This document shows, in pieces, positions 36,401-45,745 of a stretch of 64,000 nt of DNA. A model generated the notes under the pieces. That model did no database searches and was not told where the DNA came from. It worked only from the letters and a program-made list of their open reading frames with translations. Source of the stretch: a virus (taxonomy: Duplodnaviria > Caudoviricetes); the IMG/VR virus record IMGVR_UViG_2791354756_000002, positions 288 to 64,287 of that record. One strand, written 5' to 3'. Every line of letters starts with the position of its first letter. Positions within the stretch are counted from its first letter, which is position 1. A program made the translations under genes and the position numbers.

Positions 36401-37805
36401 CAGGGGTGACGAACTGGTTGCCGCTCCGCTTACCGACAAGGATATCGAGAAGCTAAGCAGTGGCGAGCTCAAGACAGCAAAAAGACTTGATGCCGTTGAC
36501 CTTCAGCACCCCTCAAAGGACGGCCTGTTTGACGAGGCCATCTTTGGTGGTCTTAAGGGAACCAAATGGGGACACATCACCCTCCCCGAACCTGTAGTCA
36601 ATCCCGTCTTCGAGGGAGCGGCACGCAGGTTACTTGGGCTCTCCTCCAAGGACTTTGAGGAGCTTTGCCTGGACAAGGGCGGCAAGTACATAAAGGACAG
36701 GCTGAACGCCCTTGATATCAAGGAAGAACTGAAGAAAGCCGAGGACGCTCTCCATAACAATCAGGTAAAGAAGACTGAACTTGATGATATGGTCAAGCGT
36801 GTAAAGACACTCAGAGCCCTTGACCAGAACAACATGAAAGCCGGAGACGCCTACGTTCTGACAAAGTTCCCTGTAACGCCTCCCATACACAGACCCGTTG
36901 TCATCAGCCGAACTGGTGACATTATGAGCGGTGATACCAACGACTTCTACAAGGACCTGGTTCTCCAGAGCAACAGCTTCAAGGATGTCCTGAAAGCCGG
37001 TCTTGACCATGATGACATACGCAAGGAGCGAGAGGCACTGTACAAGCGTATCGGCGAGATTACCGGTATGCTTGCCCCCGATAGCGCCATGCAGAGAAAC
37101 CGTAATGTGAAGGGCGCTATCAAGTTTATCGCCGGAGATGTTCCAAAGTCTGGATACTTTTATAAAAAATGTATCTATGGCCGCATGAATATGTCTGGTC
37201 GAGCCACAATTTCGCCTGATGTCTCATTAGGACTGGACGAGATTGGACTTCCCGAAGACATCGCCTGGGGTATGTACAAGCCATTTGTTATTCGAGAGAT
37301 GTCTCGTATGGGGTACTCCATGGCCGATGCAGAAGAGGCCATCGAACAGCGAAACGATGTGGCAACCAAGATATTGCAGGCCGAGCTGGAAAAGCGTCCT
37401 GTAATTATGAATCGTGCTCCTTCACTGTGGCGACATTCTATGGTTGCTGCAAAGCCGTTGCTCCGCAAAGGCAAAAACGTCTGCGTCAACTCAATATGGG
37501 AAAAGGGCCTCAACGCAGACTACGATGGTGATGCCGTCAACATTCATGTTCCTGTTACAGACGAGGCCGTGGAAGACGCAAAGAAGCTGTTCCCATCTCA
37601 CCAGGTATTCAACGACAAGGTACCGAACGCTATTGTGCAATCTCCCACCAGAGAACCAATCATAGGTCTGTACAAAGCAACGGCAAATATCGGAAAACCA
37701 AAGCCTGCTGGAGCAAAGATACACAAGTTCGCTAATGTTGAAGCTGCGTGGAAAGCGTACTACGCTGGTGAACTCAAGCTTACAGATTATGTGGATATAG
37801 GATAA
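33396..37805 (+). CDS. DNA-directed RNA polymerase, beta fused to the N-terminal half of beta-prime
   Basis: Beta: GNRLLMG, NHEDAIVVSE, GDKLAGSYGNKGV, SRINPAQ, GGMEINAL. Beta-prime: DGLFDEAIFG, GHITL, PVTPPIHRP, SGRATI, NRAPSLWR, NADYDGD. Confidence 0.95.
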   Translation: MPNNVSIRKIVAYPYEIRNAIHEKVAAAIKSKFPVEGERYTADVSNVEAVFGEISHDQQKKVVLTKGNKNSRIYGDLTITDKKTGKVVATFKKYLLATLPYYTYRYTMMVDGNEYSVVSQMRTKSGVYTRKRGNDELESAFNLEKGANFKLLMDPKTGIFKMDILGSTFPVFAFLDILGAKRADEENAIGTELWQRNREAATESQIAKARNLLFNKLVRYKDTGPDEHINSAEKDEAIRGYFANTKMDPETTKVTLGIPQTSVGVVTILRAMRKIMDVYKGEADVDERDHLEFQKVYGVEDLLAEVIEKSKEIGPKIKKALDTFELKHPEKFKTNFNSSVFSQPIRSFLTSSSLSRLPSQINPMEFMDSASIITRLGEGAISSERAVPFSTRGVTYSSAGLIDPIAAPESFKVGIDVHATINAAKGSDHEFYKKLRDCKTNQIGYHRAIDLYDKRVGFPDPKYLKNKKRDDIVYATYRGDLVKCRRSELDYQIDDPADLTSFTTNSIPFMPSNQGNRLLMGDKHVQQALPLEDPDVRLVRTKSDSFRDGSVLRELGYGTVPVAPADGTVTRVDEDFIYIKDTTGKTWPVDYVKDMPLASKTFLTNTVTVKVGDKVTKGQPLANSNFSKDGWLTTGKNLLVAYMPYKGLNHEDAIVVSEAAAQKMTSIHASKIFVQITRNMILGKDHYTAAFPTNFTTEQLANLDADGIVKKGTKVHEGDPLVLAIESNTDSRINQILGKLNKSLMHPYRDLAEKYEDHYEAEVTDTFKTDKLITVVLRMRKPLQIGDKLAGSYGNKGVCSVIVPTDKMPRDEEGRPLDLVLTSAGVISRINPAQTLESALGKIALKTGKAYDIENYSMPDAVEFVKNEMKKNGVKDKETLFDPETGKKIPGVFVGVQHMQKLFKTTDTNFAARGIEGGYDQDEVPTGSGATGPKGMGGMEINALLASNVRALLREGTMLRSSKNSDFWRAFQSGATPNFPTEKKTFTRFLSILKQAGINVERRGDELVAAPLTDKDIEKLSSGELKTAKRLDAVDLQHPSKDGLFDEAIFGGLKGTKWGHITLPEPVVNPVFEGAARRLLGLSSKDFEELCLDKGGKYIKDRLNALDIKEELKKAEDALHNNQVKKTELDDMVKRVKTLRALDQNNMKAGDAYVLTKFPVTPPIHRPVVISRTGDIMSGDTNDFYKDLVLQSNSFKDVLKAGLDHDDIRKEREALYKRIGEITGMLAPDSAMQRNRNVKGAIKFIAGDVPKSGYFYKKCIYGRMNMSGRATISPDVSLGLDEIGLPEDIAWGMYKPFVIREMSRMGYSMADAEEAIEQRNDVATKILQAELEKRPVIMNRAPSLWRHSMVAAKPLLRKGKNVCVNSIWEKGLNADYDGDAVNIHVPVTDEAVEDAKKLFPSHQVFNDKVPNAIVQSPTREPIIGLYKATANIGKPKPAGAKIHKFANVEAAWKAYYAGELKLTDYVDIG

Positions 37806-37811
37806 CAGTAT

Positions 37812-38555
37812 ATGGGATTGAAAGACGATAAAACCAACGTTGAAATAGCGCAGACCGCAACGATTGGTGTAGGGGCATATTATGGCGCTCGCGCTGCTGG
37901 GCGAAAGACTGGTAGATACGTAACACGTAATATGGTCAACCCAGGCAAGGACCTTGAACTGTCCACGAGGGACATCAAGAAAGTCTACGCTACACTCAAG
38001 GCAGACAAGAAGGATATCCGGGTAAAAAGCGTTCTTGATCCGACATCGCGTGTACCTGCTCCACACTACAATCCTGAAACAAACACTGCCCACATTAGGA
38101 ATACGGCTGACGCAGCGCACGAGCTCGGCCACGCCACCAGTATTCTTAATCCCAAAAACAAGAGTTTGCGTCTGTTTTCAGCCAAGATAACCGCTGGAAT
38201 CGGACATCATAATGCCGGTCACATTCGTGGAGCCACTGGGTTTCTGCGTGGACTTGAAGGTAAGGATAACGATTCCGGTGATTACAGCCTTGCTGACAAC
38301 TTCGCCAGGGTAGCGACCGGTCTCGGAATGTTTGAGGAAGGTCAGGCATCCGTACGAGGCTACAACGCTCTTCGCAAGGTGAAAGGCTCTGAGTTCGCCA
38401 ATCGTTCGGCTAAAAAAATCCTCATCCCTGCCTACGCCACCTATGTAGCCAATGCGGCCATAAACCATTTCGCTATGCCACGCATCGGGAATGCGTTTGG
38501 CCAGGCGGTAAGAAAAATAAAAGAGGAGTTGATTCCAAAAACTTCCAAAAAATGA
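37812..38555 (+). CDS. Zincin-like HExxH metallopeptidase-domain protein
   Basis: AAHELGHA followed by EEGQAS. Confidence 0.6.
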   Translation: MGLKDDKTNVEIAQTATIGVGAYYGARAAGRKTGRYVTRNMVNPGKDLELSTRDIKKVYATLKADKKDIRVKSVLDPTSRVPAPHYNPETNTAHIRNTADAAHELGHATSILNPKNKSLRLFSAKITAGIGHHNAGHIRGATGFLRGLEGKDNDSGDYSLADNFARVATGLGMFEEGQASVRGYNALRKVKGSEFANRSAKKILIPAYATYVANAAINHFAMPRIGNAFGQAVRKIKEELIPKTSKK

Positions 38556-38584
38556 AAGTTTAAGGAATCAATTCCTCAAAAATA

Positions 38585-38616
38585 AAAGGGGCAGCATTTT
38601 TATGTGCTGCCCCTTT
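38585..38616. terminator. Bidirectional terminator
   Basis: AAAGGGGCAGCA/TGCTGCCCCTTT between convergent genes. Confidence 0.8.
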
Positions 38617-38635
38617 TTAATTTATCTAAATGCCC

Positions 38636-39739
38636 CTACCCGGCCTTGAAACTGTACACTGGCTTGATGACCTTTACCACATCAGCAGTTGGACCAATGT
38701 TGGCAAGTATATTGTCCATGCCCTTGTAGGCCATCGGACTTTCGTCCAGAGTTGTCTGCTTTACTGAGGTTGAGTACACACCGGCCATTTCTCGCTGAAA
38801 CTCTGCCATGCTCAACTTCTTCTTGGCCTGACTCCTGCTCATAATCCTGCCTGCGCCGTGGGGAGCCGAGTAATTCCAGTCTGCATTACCCTTGCCCCTG
38901 CAGATAAGGCTGCCATCTCGCATGTTGATTGGTACAAGGAACAGCTCATCCTTCTGTGCAGACACTGCGCCCTTGCGAAGAATCATGTTCTTCATGTCGA
39001 TGTAGTTGTGAATTGTGGTGAAGTTGTTTGTGGGCAACGCTTCCATGCCGAACATATTGAACAGTATACTCCTGACAATTGTCTCTCTGTTCAGCACTGC
39101 GTATTCCTGAGCGACACGCATATCATTGAGATATGTGGTAAATGCGGAGTCCGTCAGATACGCCAACTCCTGTGGTACCTTGGCGCTGCACTGTTCGATA
39201 GCCAACTGCTGGTAGTAGTTGGCTATCTGCAAACCAAGATGCCTGCTGCCGGAATGCACAACCAGATACAGAGATCCCTCTTCATCCTTGTCGATCTCGA
39301 TGAAATGGTTCCCACCACCGAGAGTACCGACACTCTTGGCAGCCCTGTCCATATCCACATGGTCTTTGCATACAAGTCCATCAAGCATGTCCTGCACTTC
39401 AGGGCATGGAACATGATCATGTATGGAAAAGCCCGCTGGTACATACTTGCGGATAACCTGGTCCAGCTTCTCAAAATCAAGGTCCACTGCGCCAAGATTC
39501 ACGACAAACATTCCGCAGCCGATATCCACTCCGACAAGATTGGGGACTACCTTATCGGTAATCGTCATGGTAGTACCGATAGTGCAGCCCTTGCCTGCAT
39601 GGATATCCGGCATCAGCCTGATACGGCTACCTTCAGTGAACTCCTGGTTACACAAGAGCTGCACCTGCTTGATGGACTCACCGTCCACCTCATCTGTAAA
39701 TATCTTTGCTGTTGAGTACTTTCCTGTTATCTCTATCAT
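38636..39739 (-). CDS. rtcB: RtcB RNA ligase
   Basis: PDIHAG, GVDIGCG, GTLGGGNHF, HSGSR, HNY, HGAGR. Confidence 0.96.
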   Translation of the reverse strand: MIEITGKYSTAKIFTDEVDGESIKQVQLLCNQEFTEGSRIRLMPDIHAGKGCTIGTTMTITDKVVPNLVGVDIGCGMFVVNLGAVDLDFEKLDQVIRKYVPAGFSIHDHVPCPEVQDMLDGLVCKDHVDMDRAAKSVGTLGGGNHFIEIDKDEEGSLYLVVHSGSRHLGLQIANYYQQLAIEQCSAKVPQELAYLTDSAFTTYLNDMRVAQEYAVLNRETIVRSILFNMFGMEALPTNNFTTIHNYIDMKNMILRKGAVSAQKDELFLVPINMRDGSLICRGKGNADWNYSAPHGAGRIMSRSQAKKKLSMAEFQREMAGVYSTSVKQTTLDESPMAYKGMDNILANIGPTADVVKVIKPVYSFKAG

Positions 39740-39760
39740 TTCGTACCCTCCTCTACAAAA

Positions 39761-40587
39761 CTATTGATGCGGTATCAAAGTAACAGGCTTACCGTCATTG
39801 TCAAAGACAGCAATATACTTGTCCTTGTCAATCTCCACTACCTTGTAGTTCATCACTTCGTGCGCCGGGAACACCGGACTCTCATCATCCTTCGGCGTAG
39901 CCCCACGAACGTGTACGTTTATGCGTACCTTGCAGAAGCACAGAATGATAAACACAATTATTAATAATACTGTTCCAACCATTTTAATTCCTCCTAAGAT
40001 CCAATATGTCTCCGTCACTATTATATGTTATGCGATATGTCTTTTTAGATAATGTTACAAATATATGTGGCATTCTAGAAATTAGCTTTCTGCGAACTTC
40101 TATTTTCTTCTCGATTTCTTCATCCTGACTTGATGTGAATAAAATGTAAGCAGCCGTAATACCGATGCCAATCAATACAGCAAATATAAAGTCAATAACC
40201 ACTGTCATATATCAACCTATTGATTTTATTGCAAAATGTATGGCAAGGTATAGTGCGCATATGCATGCAACTACATCAAGTATATCATACACTTTATTTA
40301 CGAAAATTTTCCATGAACTCTGTATCAAAAGGACAACAGCTGCTATTGTAGCAATTACATACATAGAAGTACCTCTATTATCCTGCCAACCTACCAGCCA
40401 TTTTAGCTGTAAACAGCAATGTGAACATCAACACGCAAAATATAGGTGCCAGCACAAGCCAGACGTTAAGGAGTTTTTCAGCATCACGTTCCGAGTGAAT
40501 AATATTGACGTACCCTATTGTCATCCCTAGCACCGTGATTACCAAAAACAGTATGCCTGCTACGATAAGTCCTATATCCCACCACAT
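39761..40587 (-). CDS. Cluster of small membrane-anchored hypothetical proteins (39761-40018, 39984-40208, 40378-40587)
   Basis: Each has 1-2 hydrophobic helices; AT-rich. Confidence 0.55.
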
Positions 40588-41096
40588 ATCTTCTCGTATT
40601 CCTCGCGGTTTACCTCACGCATAAACAGCGGGCCTATTGGTCCATCGGTTTTGTCTTCAACAGGAACAATAGCCAGTATTCTTCCGTCCCAGTATCCAGC
40701 AGACGCATTATATACGCATTCGTTTTCTACATCGACGTAGTGGAAGTAGTTCCAGTTGAGTTCCTTAAGTATGTACTTCGATATATCAAAACTAAGGTCC
40801 TGGTCTATCTCAAGACGGGCAATAAGCTTCAATCCCTCAAGCGTTTTCTTTGAAGGTCTGTACAGATACTGTCCTGTTTCCTCACACATTCCATCAAATT
40901 TCAGCGCCTCATGTTCGACAGGTCTACTGTAGGCAAAGATAGCCACCTTGTTGTCATCAAATCTGAAGCGCTCAGGAGAGCAATAGTCCGCTATAAGGCG
41001 CTCGCACGCTTCCTTGTGCTTTAGATTCAGGTACGTAGCCTTGTAGTACAAAAGATCGTTGTACTTCCCTTCACCAACATAGTACTGGTATTCCAT
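40572..41096 (-). CDS. Hypothetical protein, paralogue of 41353-41862
   Basis: Shared Y..GEG..ND, EG.KL..R.E, FD.SKYI and AGY motifs. Confidence 0.7.
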   Translation of the reverse strand: MEYQYYVGEGKYNDLLYYKATYLNLKHKEACERLIADYCSPERFRFDDNKVAIFAYSRPVEHEALKFDGMCEETGQYLYRPSKKTLEGLKLIARLEIDQDLSFDISKYILKELNWNYFHYVDVENECVYNASAGYWDGRILAIVPVEDKTDGPIGPLFMREVNREEYEKICGGI

Positions 41097-41350
41097 CAGA
41101 TACCCTCCTTGTTTTGTGTCTTGAGCTGCTTAACGCCATCTAGTACCTTGCGCACTTTTCGATACGTCTCCGGCCCGTTTCCTACAGCCATCCCCAGGCG
41201 CACACCATCGAGGTACTCCCTGGCTATCTCTTCGATAGCCTCAATGGCTGACTTTCCGCTCCGCATACGCTCAAGTACAAGCGCCAAGCCCTCGGCACGG
41301 TAGCCTATGATCTCAAGCGTATAATACCAGTCTCCGGTATCGCACAGCAT
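41096..41350 (-). CDS. Hypothetical protein
   Basis: Coupled in the operon. Confidence 0.6.
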   Translation of the reverse strand: MLCDTGDWYYTLEIIGYRAEGLALVLERMRSGKSAIEAIEEIAREYLDGVRLGMAVGNGPETYRKVRKVLDGVKQLKTQNKEGI

Positions 41351-41352
41351 TG

Positions 41353-41862
41353 CTAGCCCTCTTCAGCATACAGCCTGTCGCATTCGGACTGAGTGATTTC
41401 CCTCATCCAGTCAGGCACAACAGGGAACTCCTCATCCTTTGGACCTGGTATTTTCACCATCACTCGTTTCGTAGTGTATCCAGCGACAGTGCAATACCAA
41501 CGCCCTCTTTCATAGGAATCTCTTCTTACTCCCAGTTTTTCCATAATATACTTGCTCGGATCGAAGTGCAGCATCTTCTCCTGCTCAATCCTGTTGGCGA
41601 GTTTCTTTCCTTCCTTGTCTCCCTTTCTGGGGAGATATCCATATCCACCGCCAAGCTCTATCTCCCCCCTCAGATAAGGCAGGTTTTTTCGTTCATTAAA
41701 GGCCAGGCCCATAATCTCATTGCCCTCAATGTACAGACCATCAGCACCATAGTCTTCCTTGAGAGACTTGCGTGCCTGCCTGCACTGCTCAACCCTGTCC
41801 CTGAGATCTTCCATGAAGGCATCGTTTTCGGGGCCTTCTCCCGCGTATATATACCTTTCCAT
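41353..41862 (-). CDS. Hypothetical protein, paralogue of 40572-41096
   Basis: Start moved to MERYIY at 41862 (SD GAGGAG). Confidence 0.7.
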   Translation of the reverse strand: MERYIYAGEGPENDAFMEDLRDRVEQCRQARKSLKEDYGADGLYIEGNEIMGLAFNERKNLPYLRGEIELGGGYGYLPRKGDKEGKKLANRIEQEKMLHFDPSKYIMEKLGVRRDSYERGRWYCTVAGYTTKRVMVKIPGPKDEEFPVVPDWMREITQSECDRLYAEEG

Positions 41863-41864
41863 AC

Positions 41865-42128
41865 CTATCTCCTCCTCTCTGTGCATACAGCTGGCCTTGG
41901 GCCATTTGGCGTGTTTTCCCAGAGCTGAACAACAGGCCACTCGGGAAATCTGACGTTACTCTCCACAAACTTGTATCCATCTATACAAACTATACGAAAT
42001 CGCTCACGCTTTTTCGTATCTCTGCTTTCCTCGACTTTATGCTTGTTGTTAAACTCAAAAGCTTCTGTATATGCAGGTACTGTTATTATGCTGCATACAT
42101 GCAATATAATAACGATCAACGCTCTCAT
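41865..42128 (-). CDS. Small exported hypothetical protein
   Basis: Signal-like N-terminus; IVCIDGYKF motif. Confidence 0.55.
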   Translation of the reverse strand: MRALIVIILHVCSIITVPAYTEAFEFNNKHKVEESRDTKKRERFRIVCIDGYKFVESNVRFPEWPVVQLWENTPNGPRPAVCTERRR

Positions 42129-42466
42129 GTTATTACCCTCAATTTACAACACTTAGTAAAAGTGCCATTGCTGCCGATATAACTGCTACAAAAGTCAGAA
42201 ACTTGAAAAACGTTGTGTCCGTTGGCTCACACCACCAGAAGATGGTCCACCACGCCACACTGGTAATTGTAAGCACCAGCAGTATCCCTATGAAATTGAT
42301 AGCAAAGTCAAACATTTTTCAATTTCACTCCAGAAAAACCATGTAAAGACAGCGCACGACACAATAAATGCTACTATGTCCTCTACTGGTGATGAATCGG
42401 TAACCAATGAGGCAAGACCTACTGCAAAGAAGCTGAGCAACAGTATGAGCAAAATGATCATACGGC

Positions 42467-43621
42467 CTACCTTATTACCAGCAGATTCTTCTTCGCTCTG
42501 GTTACACCTGTGTACAGCCAGTGAGTGTACTCCTCTTCGGATACCTTACCTGGCTTGTAGTCAGCATACAGGACCACATTGTCCCATTCACTGCCCTGCG
42601 CCTTGTGCACTGACAACGCGTATCCATACTGGACAGGCACGGTATCTGGAGTGACTTTCGGAAAAGACGTGCTCTCCAGACCATCCCCATTTATCGGTAC
42701 CCACTCATGGCAGCCCTCCAGCCACACTACCATCGTATTGGCGTTAACGAACACATCTCTATCCAGATCCTTAATCTCACCTATCTTGAGAACCTTATGC
42801 ACCTCTCCGTTGTACAGTGATCCTCCAAGCGTGTTTCTCAATACAACTATCTTCTCGCCTACCTGAACGTTACCAGTGTAACCAAGCTTGTCCCGCATCT
42901 GTATATTCAAACGCTGGCGCCTGCTATTTGTGTAGCACAGAAGCGTGGTGTTGGACTTGCCTATGTTTTTGAAGAATGCCTGAGCGTACTTTGCGCCTGC
43001 GTACGCGGGAAACACGCCACACGCTCCTGACGATGTTTTATGCAAACCAACGTCCGGAAGCCTTCCCTCTTCACGAACCATGGTAGCGGCCTTGATGATG
43101 GGGTTATCGAGTGCTTGTCGGAAGACTTTCGTAAGTCTTGCGTCAGGGTTGTCGAGAACATCTATGCGTGTGCCAGATACCGGTGGCAACTGGAAGCTGT
43201 CACCTATAAGGACAACAGGCACATTCAGCTTGAGCACATCCCAGAGTATCTCCTGGTTTAGCATCGATGCTTCATCAATGATGAGCATGTCTGCCGGTAT
43301 ATGTTTTCTGCTTGTAAAAAGCAGGTTATTATTTTTTGTTTCTTCCGGTGGGTAATATATGGTCCTGTGCAGAGTAGCTATACTTTTGACCTTGCAGTAC
43401 GGACCCATCTTTGACCTCAGCACCGAGGTAGCCTTTCCGGTGGGGGCGCAAAGGGCAACTGCTACCTTGTCGGACAGCTTTTCGAGCAGGTAACTGAGAA
43501 CCGTAGTCTTTCCGGTACCAGCGTAGCCGGTAAGCGTAAACACCGTACCACCTCTGCGATACCACTCAAGTATGGCATCTATGGCATTGTTTTGCTCATC
43601 GCTAAGAGTTATGTCTGTCAT
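42467..43621 (-). CDS. RecD/Dda-like SF1B helicase
   Basis: TGYAGTGKTT, IDEASM, GDSFQLPPV, YALSVHKAQGSEW. Confidence 0.93.
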   Translation of the reverse strand: MTDITLSDEQNNAIDAILEWYRRGGTVFTLTGYAGTGKTTVLSYLLEKLSDKVAVALCAPTGKATSVLRSKMGPYCKVKSIATLHRTIYYPPEETKNNNLLFTSRKHIPADMLIIDEASMLNQEILWDVLKLNVPVVLIGDSFQLPPVSGTRIDVLDNPDARLTKVFRQALDNPIIKAATMVREEGRLPDVGLHKTSSGACGVFPAYAGAKYAQAFFKNIGKSNTTLLCYTNSRRQRLNIQMRDKLGYTGNVQVGEKIVVLRNTLGGSLYNGEVHKVLKIGEIKDLDRDVFVNANTMVVWLEGCHEWVPINGDGLESTSFPKVTPDTVPVQYGYALSVHKAQGSEWDNVVLYADYKPGKVSEEEYTHWLYTGVTRAKKNLLVIR

Positions 43622-43811
43622 TTGGGATCACCAGCGGTATTATATAATTCCTGTTATCAAAAGTGAGCTCGTCAAGACTTACCGGCCTCTGAGGCTCTTC
43701 ACGCTTGTCTCTGGAACCAAAGTGTCTCACTATTATATCCTTGCGCTTACCGGTAAGTCTTCTCCTCGCTATTTCCACGGCTTCCATAGCCTGCTCATCT
43801 GTGAGTTCCAT
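43602..43811 (-). CDS. Hypothetical protein
   Basis: SD AAAGGAG; overlaps the helicase start. Confidence 0.5.
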   Translation of the reverse strand: MELTDEQAMEAVEIARRRLTGKRKDIIVRHFGSRDKREEPQRPVSLDELTFDNRNYIIPLVIPNDRHNS

Positions 43812-44026
43812 TTTATCTCCTTTTTTGAATGGCGCATTATCGTATGGGGTACGGTAATGCGCCTATATTTTTATCTACGCTGCCATGCCACAAACTGGTG
43901 TGGTATTACGATATTTCTTCAGATCATTCTTGCATGTATAGAAGAATCTCTCCCACACATCGATATGGCAGGCACCAGTAGTACCGTATAGATATGAATG
44001 TAAGGTGGTGAAACCATTTAACACCC

Positions 44027-44443
44027 CTATCCGCACATACCAATCAAATTGGCGAAGTCCCTCACATACGCATTGTGAACATCAATCTCTTCTTCCATGC
44101 GTACACGACGGATATCATCTTCGGTTGCGGTCATCTGATCGCTACACCGCTTAACGTAGTTGCGCACCGTATAGAACGGGTAGCGAACCCATTCACCATT
44201 CGTACGCTTGCCGGAGAACTTTTTGAGCGCACTTTTCTCCAGGGAAGCGTAGTCAAGTACCACAGGGGTAACATACACCATTGCCTTGTCCGGGCTGATG
44301 CCAGCCGCTGACAGGACGGACCTCGTTCTCCGCCGAGGATCCTTGGTCCGCCCTATCTTCACCATATTTCTTTCCCTGTCGGCAATGACGTACACATACC
44401 CAAGGTTTCCGCACAAATCCCTCCCGATTTGTGCTGTATTCAA
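44027..44443 (-). CDS. GIY-YIG/T5orf172-family protein
   Basis: GYVYVI...MVKIGRTKDPRRR...LEK...GEW. Confidence 0.8.
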   Translation of the reverse strand: MNTAQIGRDLCGNLGYVYVIADRERNMVKIGRTKDPRRRTRSVLSAAGISPDKAMVYVTPVVLDYASLEKSALKKFSGKRTNGEWVRYPFYTVRNYVKRCSDQMTATEDDIRRVRMEEEIDVHNAYVRDFANLIGMCG

Positions 44444-44449
44444 TGTTGG

Positions 44450-44794
44450 TTAATCTCCGTTGGAAGTGTCAGCGCCAGTGTAATGGGTGACCTGATGAGC
44501 TACCCACTTCGAGAAGCCAAGCGCTTTGGGTTTGTTGCTACGGAACAGGAAGTAGAACATTCCGGCCTCGGACACCAGCAGTGCTGTCTGCCTGCCGCTG
44601 TTGGTGGGAATGATACGATACCTCTTCCATTCTTCAGGAACACTGGAAAACGATTTTCCAATATTGTTGATAGCCTTTTGCGAGAAATCCAGAGACGACA
44701 ATATGTCTCTGGCAACAAACAGCAAAAGGTTATCTTCCCGGAACACCCGAACTTTTCGCTGCTTGTCATCTGTGAACACTGTTTCGGCCAACAT
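44450..44794 (-). CDS. BRO-N domain protein
   Basis: VRVF...LFVARDI...VSEAGMFYFLFRSNKPKA..FSKWV; start moved to 44794. Confidence 0.85.
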   Translation of the reverse strand: MLAETVFTDDKQRKVRVFREDNLLLFVARDILSSLDFSQKAINNIGKSFSSVPEEWKRYRIIPTNSGRQTALLVSEAGMFYFLFRSNKPKALGFSKWVAHQVTHYTGADTSNGD

Positions 44795-44802
44795 GGCGCT
44801 GC

Positions 44803-45033
44803 CTACCTGTTTACATTGTTGAAGATAAAGCGATTCAATTCTTCCTTCAGAACGTACAGCCGCCTGGGGGAAAACTGCACACACTTCAGTGGATTCTCCT
44901 CGCGGTGTATGTAATTCCTCACCTGCCCCGGCGTACATCTGAGAATCTTCGCTACTTCCTTAATGGTAAGCAACGGCGACTTCCCTAATTCCACAGCCTC
45001 ACAAACATCCGCCATTGCGATATCATCAGACAT
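44803..45033 (-). CDS. Excisionase-like HTH protein
   Basis: LLTIKEVAKILRCTPGQVRNYI...ELNRFI. Confidence 0.8.
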   Translation of the reverse strand: MSDDIAMADVCEAVELGKSPLLTIKEVAKILRCTPGQVRNYIHREENPLKCVQFSPRRLYVLKEELNRFIFNNVNR

Positions 45034-45035
45034 TT

Positions 45036-45389
45036 TTATTCCCCGGTGCTATTGCTCGTTGATTCATCTATGTACAGAACTGCAGCCGCCAAATAATTTA
45101 TAGCGCCCAGCAGCTCGTTCCGCGCCGCTTCCGGCCCCTTTGACTCCAGCAGTCCTATGGCCTCAACCGCCTTCTTGCAGCACTGTCCTACAGGAAATCC
45201 CAAGCCAACATCACGTGTAATGGTCATAATTGGCTGCTTACGAAATTCCTTGCAATCACGATTGTGTCTCTCCCTGCCCTTGCCATACGCCGCCTGGCAG
45301 CATGCCTCGTTAAACACACTTGCAAGCGTGCAGTAATCCTTATACTCCTGACTATCGCTGTCAGGTTTAGGTAATATCAAGTTCTCCAT
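45036..45389 (-). CDS. Conserved phage all-alpha protein
   Basis: GKGRERH...QPI...GQCCKK...ELLGAINYLAA; start moved to MENLIL. Confidence 0.65.
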   Translation of the reverse strand: MENLILPKPDSDSQEYKDYCTLASVFNEACCQAAYGKGRERHNRDCKEFRKQPIMTITRDVGLGFPVGQCCKKAVEAIGLLESKGPEAARNELLGAINYLAAAVLYIDESTSNSTGE

Positions 45390-45745
45390 TGCGAATCCTG
45401 TAGAGATTACAAGTTGATATTTCGCAGTCCGGTTCAACCACGTGCCGCCCATCGACTATCTTTACGGAGCCACCACCCATACACTCGCTGCAATGCTTGC
45501 GTATGAGTTTCAGCAGCTCCTTTGTAAGCTTGTCGCCGACCAACGGCTTTACGGGTTTTTCCTTATTAGCAGTCGCCTTACCAGTTGCGGCCTTAGCTTG
45601 TTGCGCCTTTTCGGCAGACTCTATCTTCTTCAACAGCGTCGCCTCCAACCGCTGCTTTGCCTTCTCGTCGCCCAGTGCCGCCTGTTGAGTCCAATACACC
45701 AACAATTCCGGCACTGTACGTCTTACCCTCTTTGCCTTTGCCATA
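45367..45745 (-). CDS. Hypothetical basic protein with C-terminal Cys cluster
   Basis: Start MAKAKRV at 45745; HCSEC...CEISTC. Confidence 0.6.
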
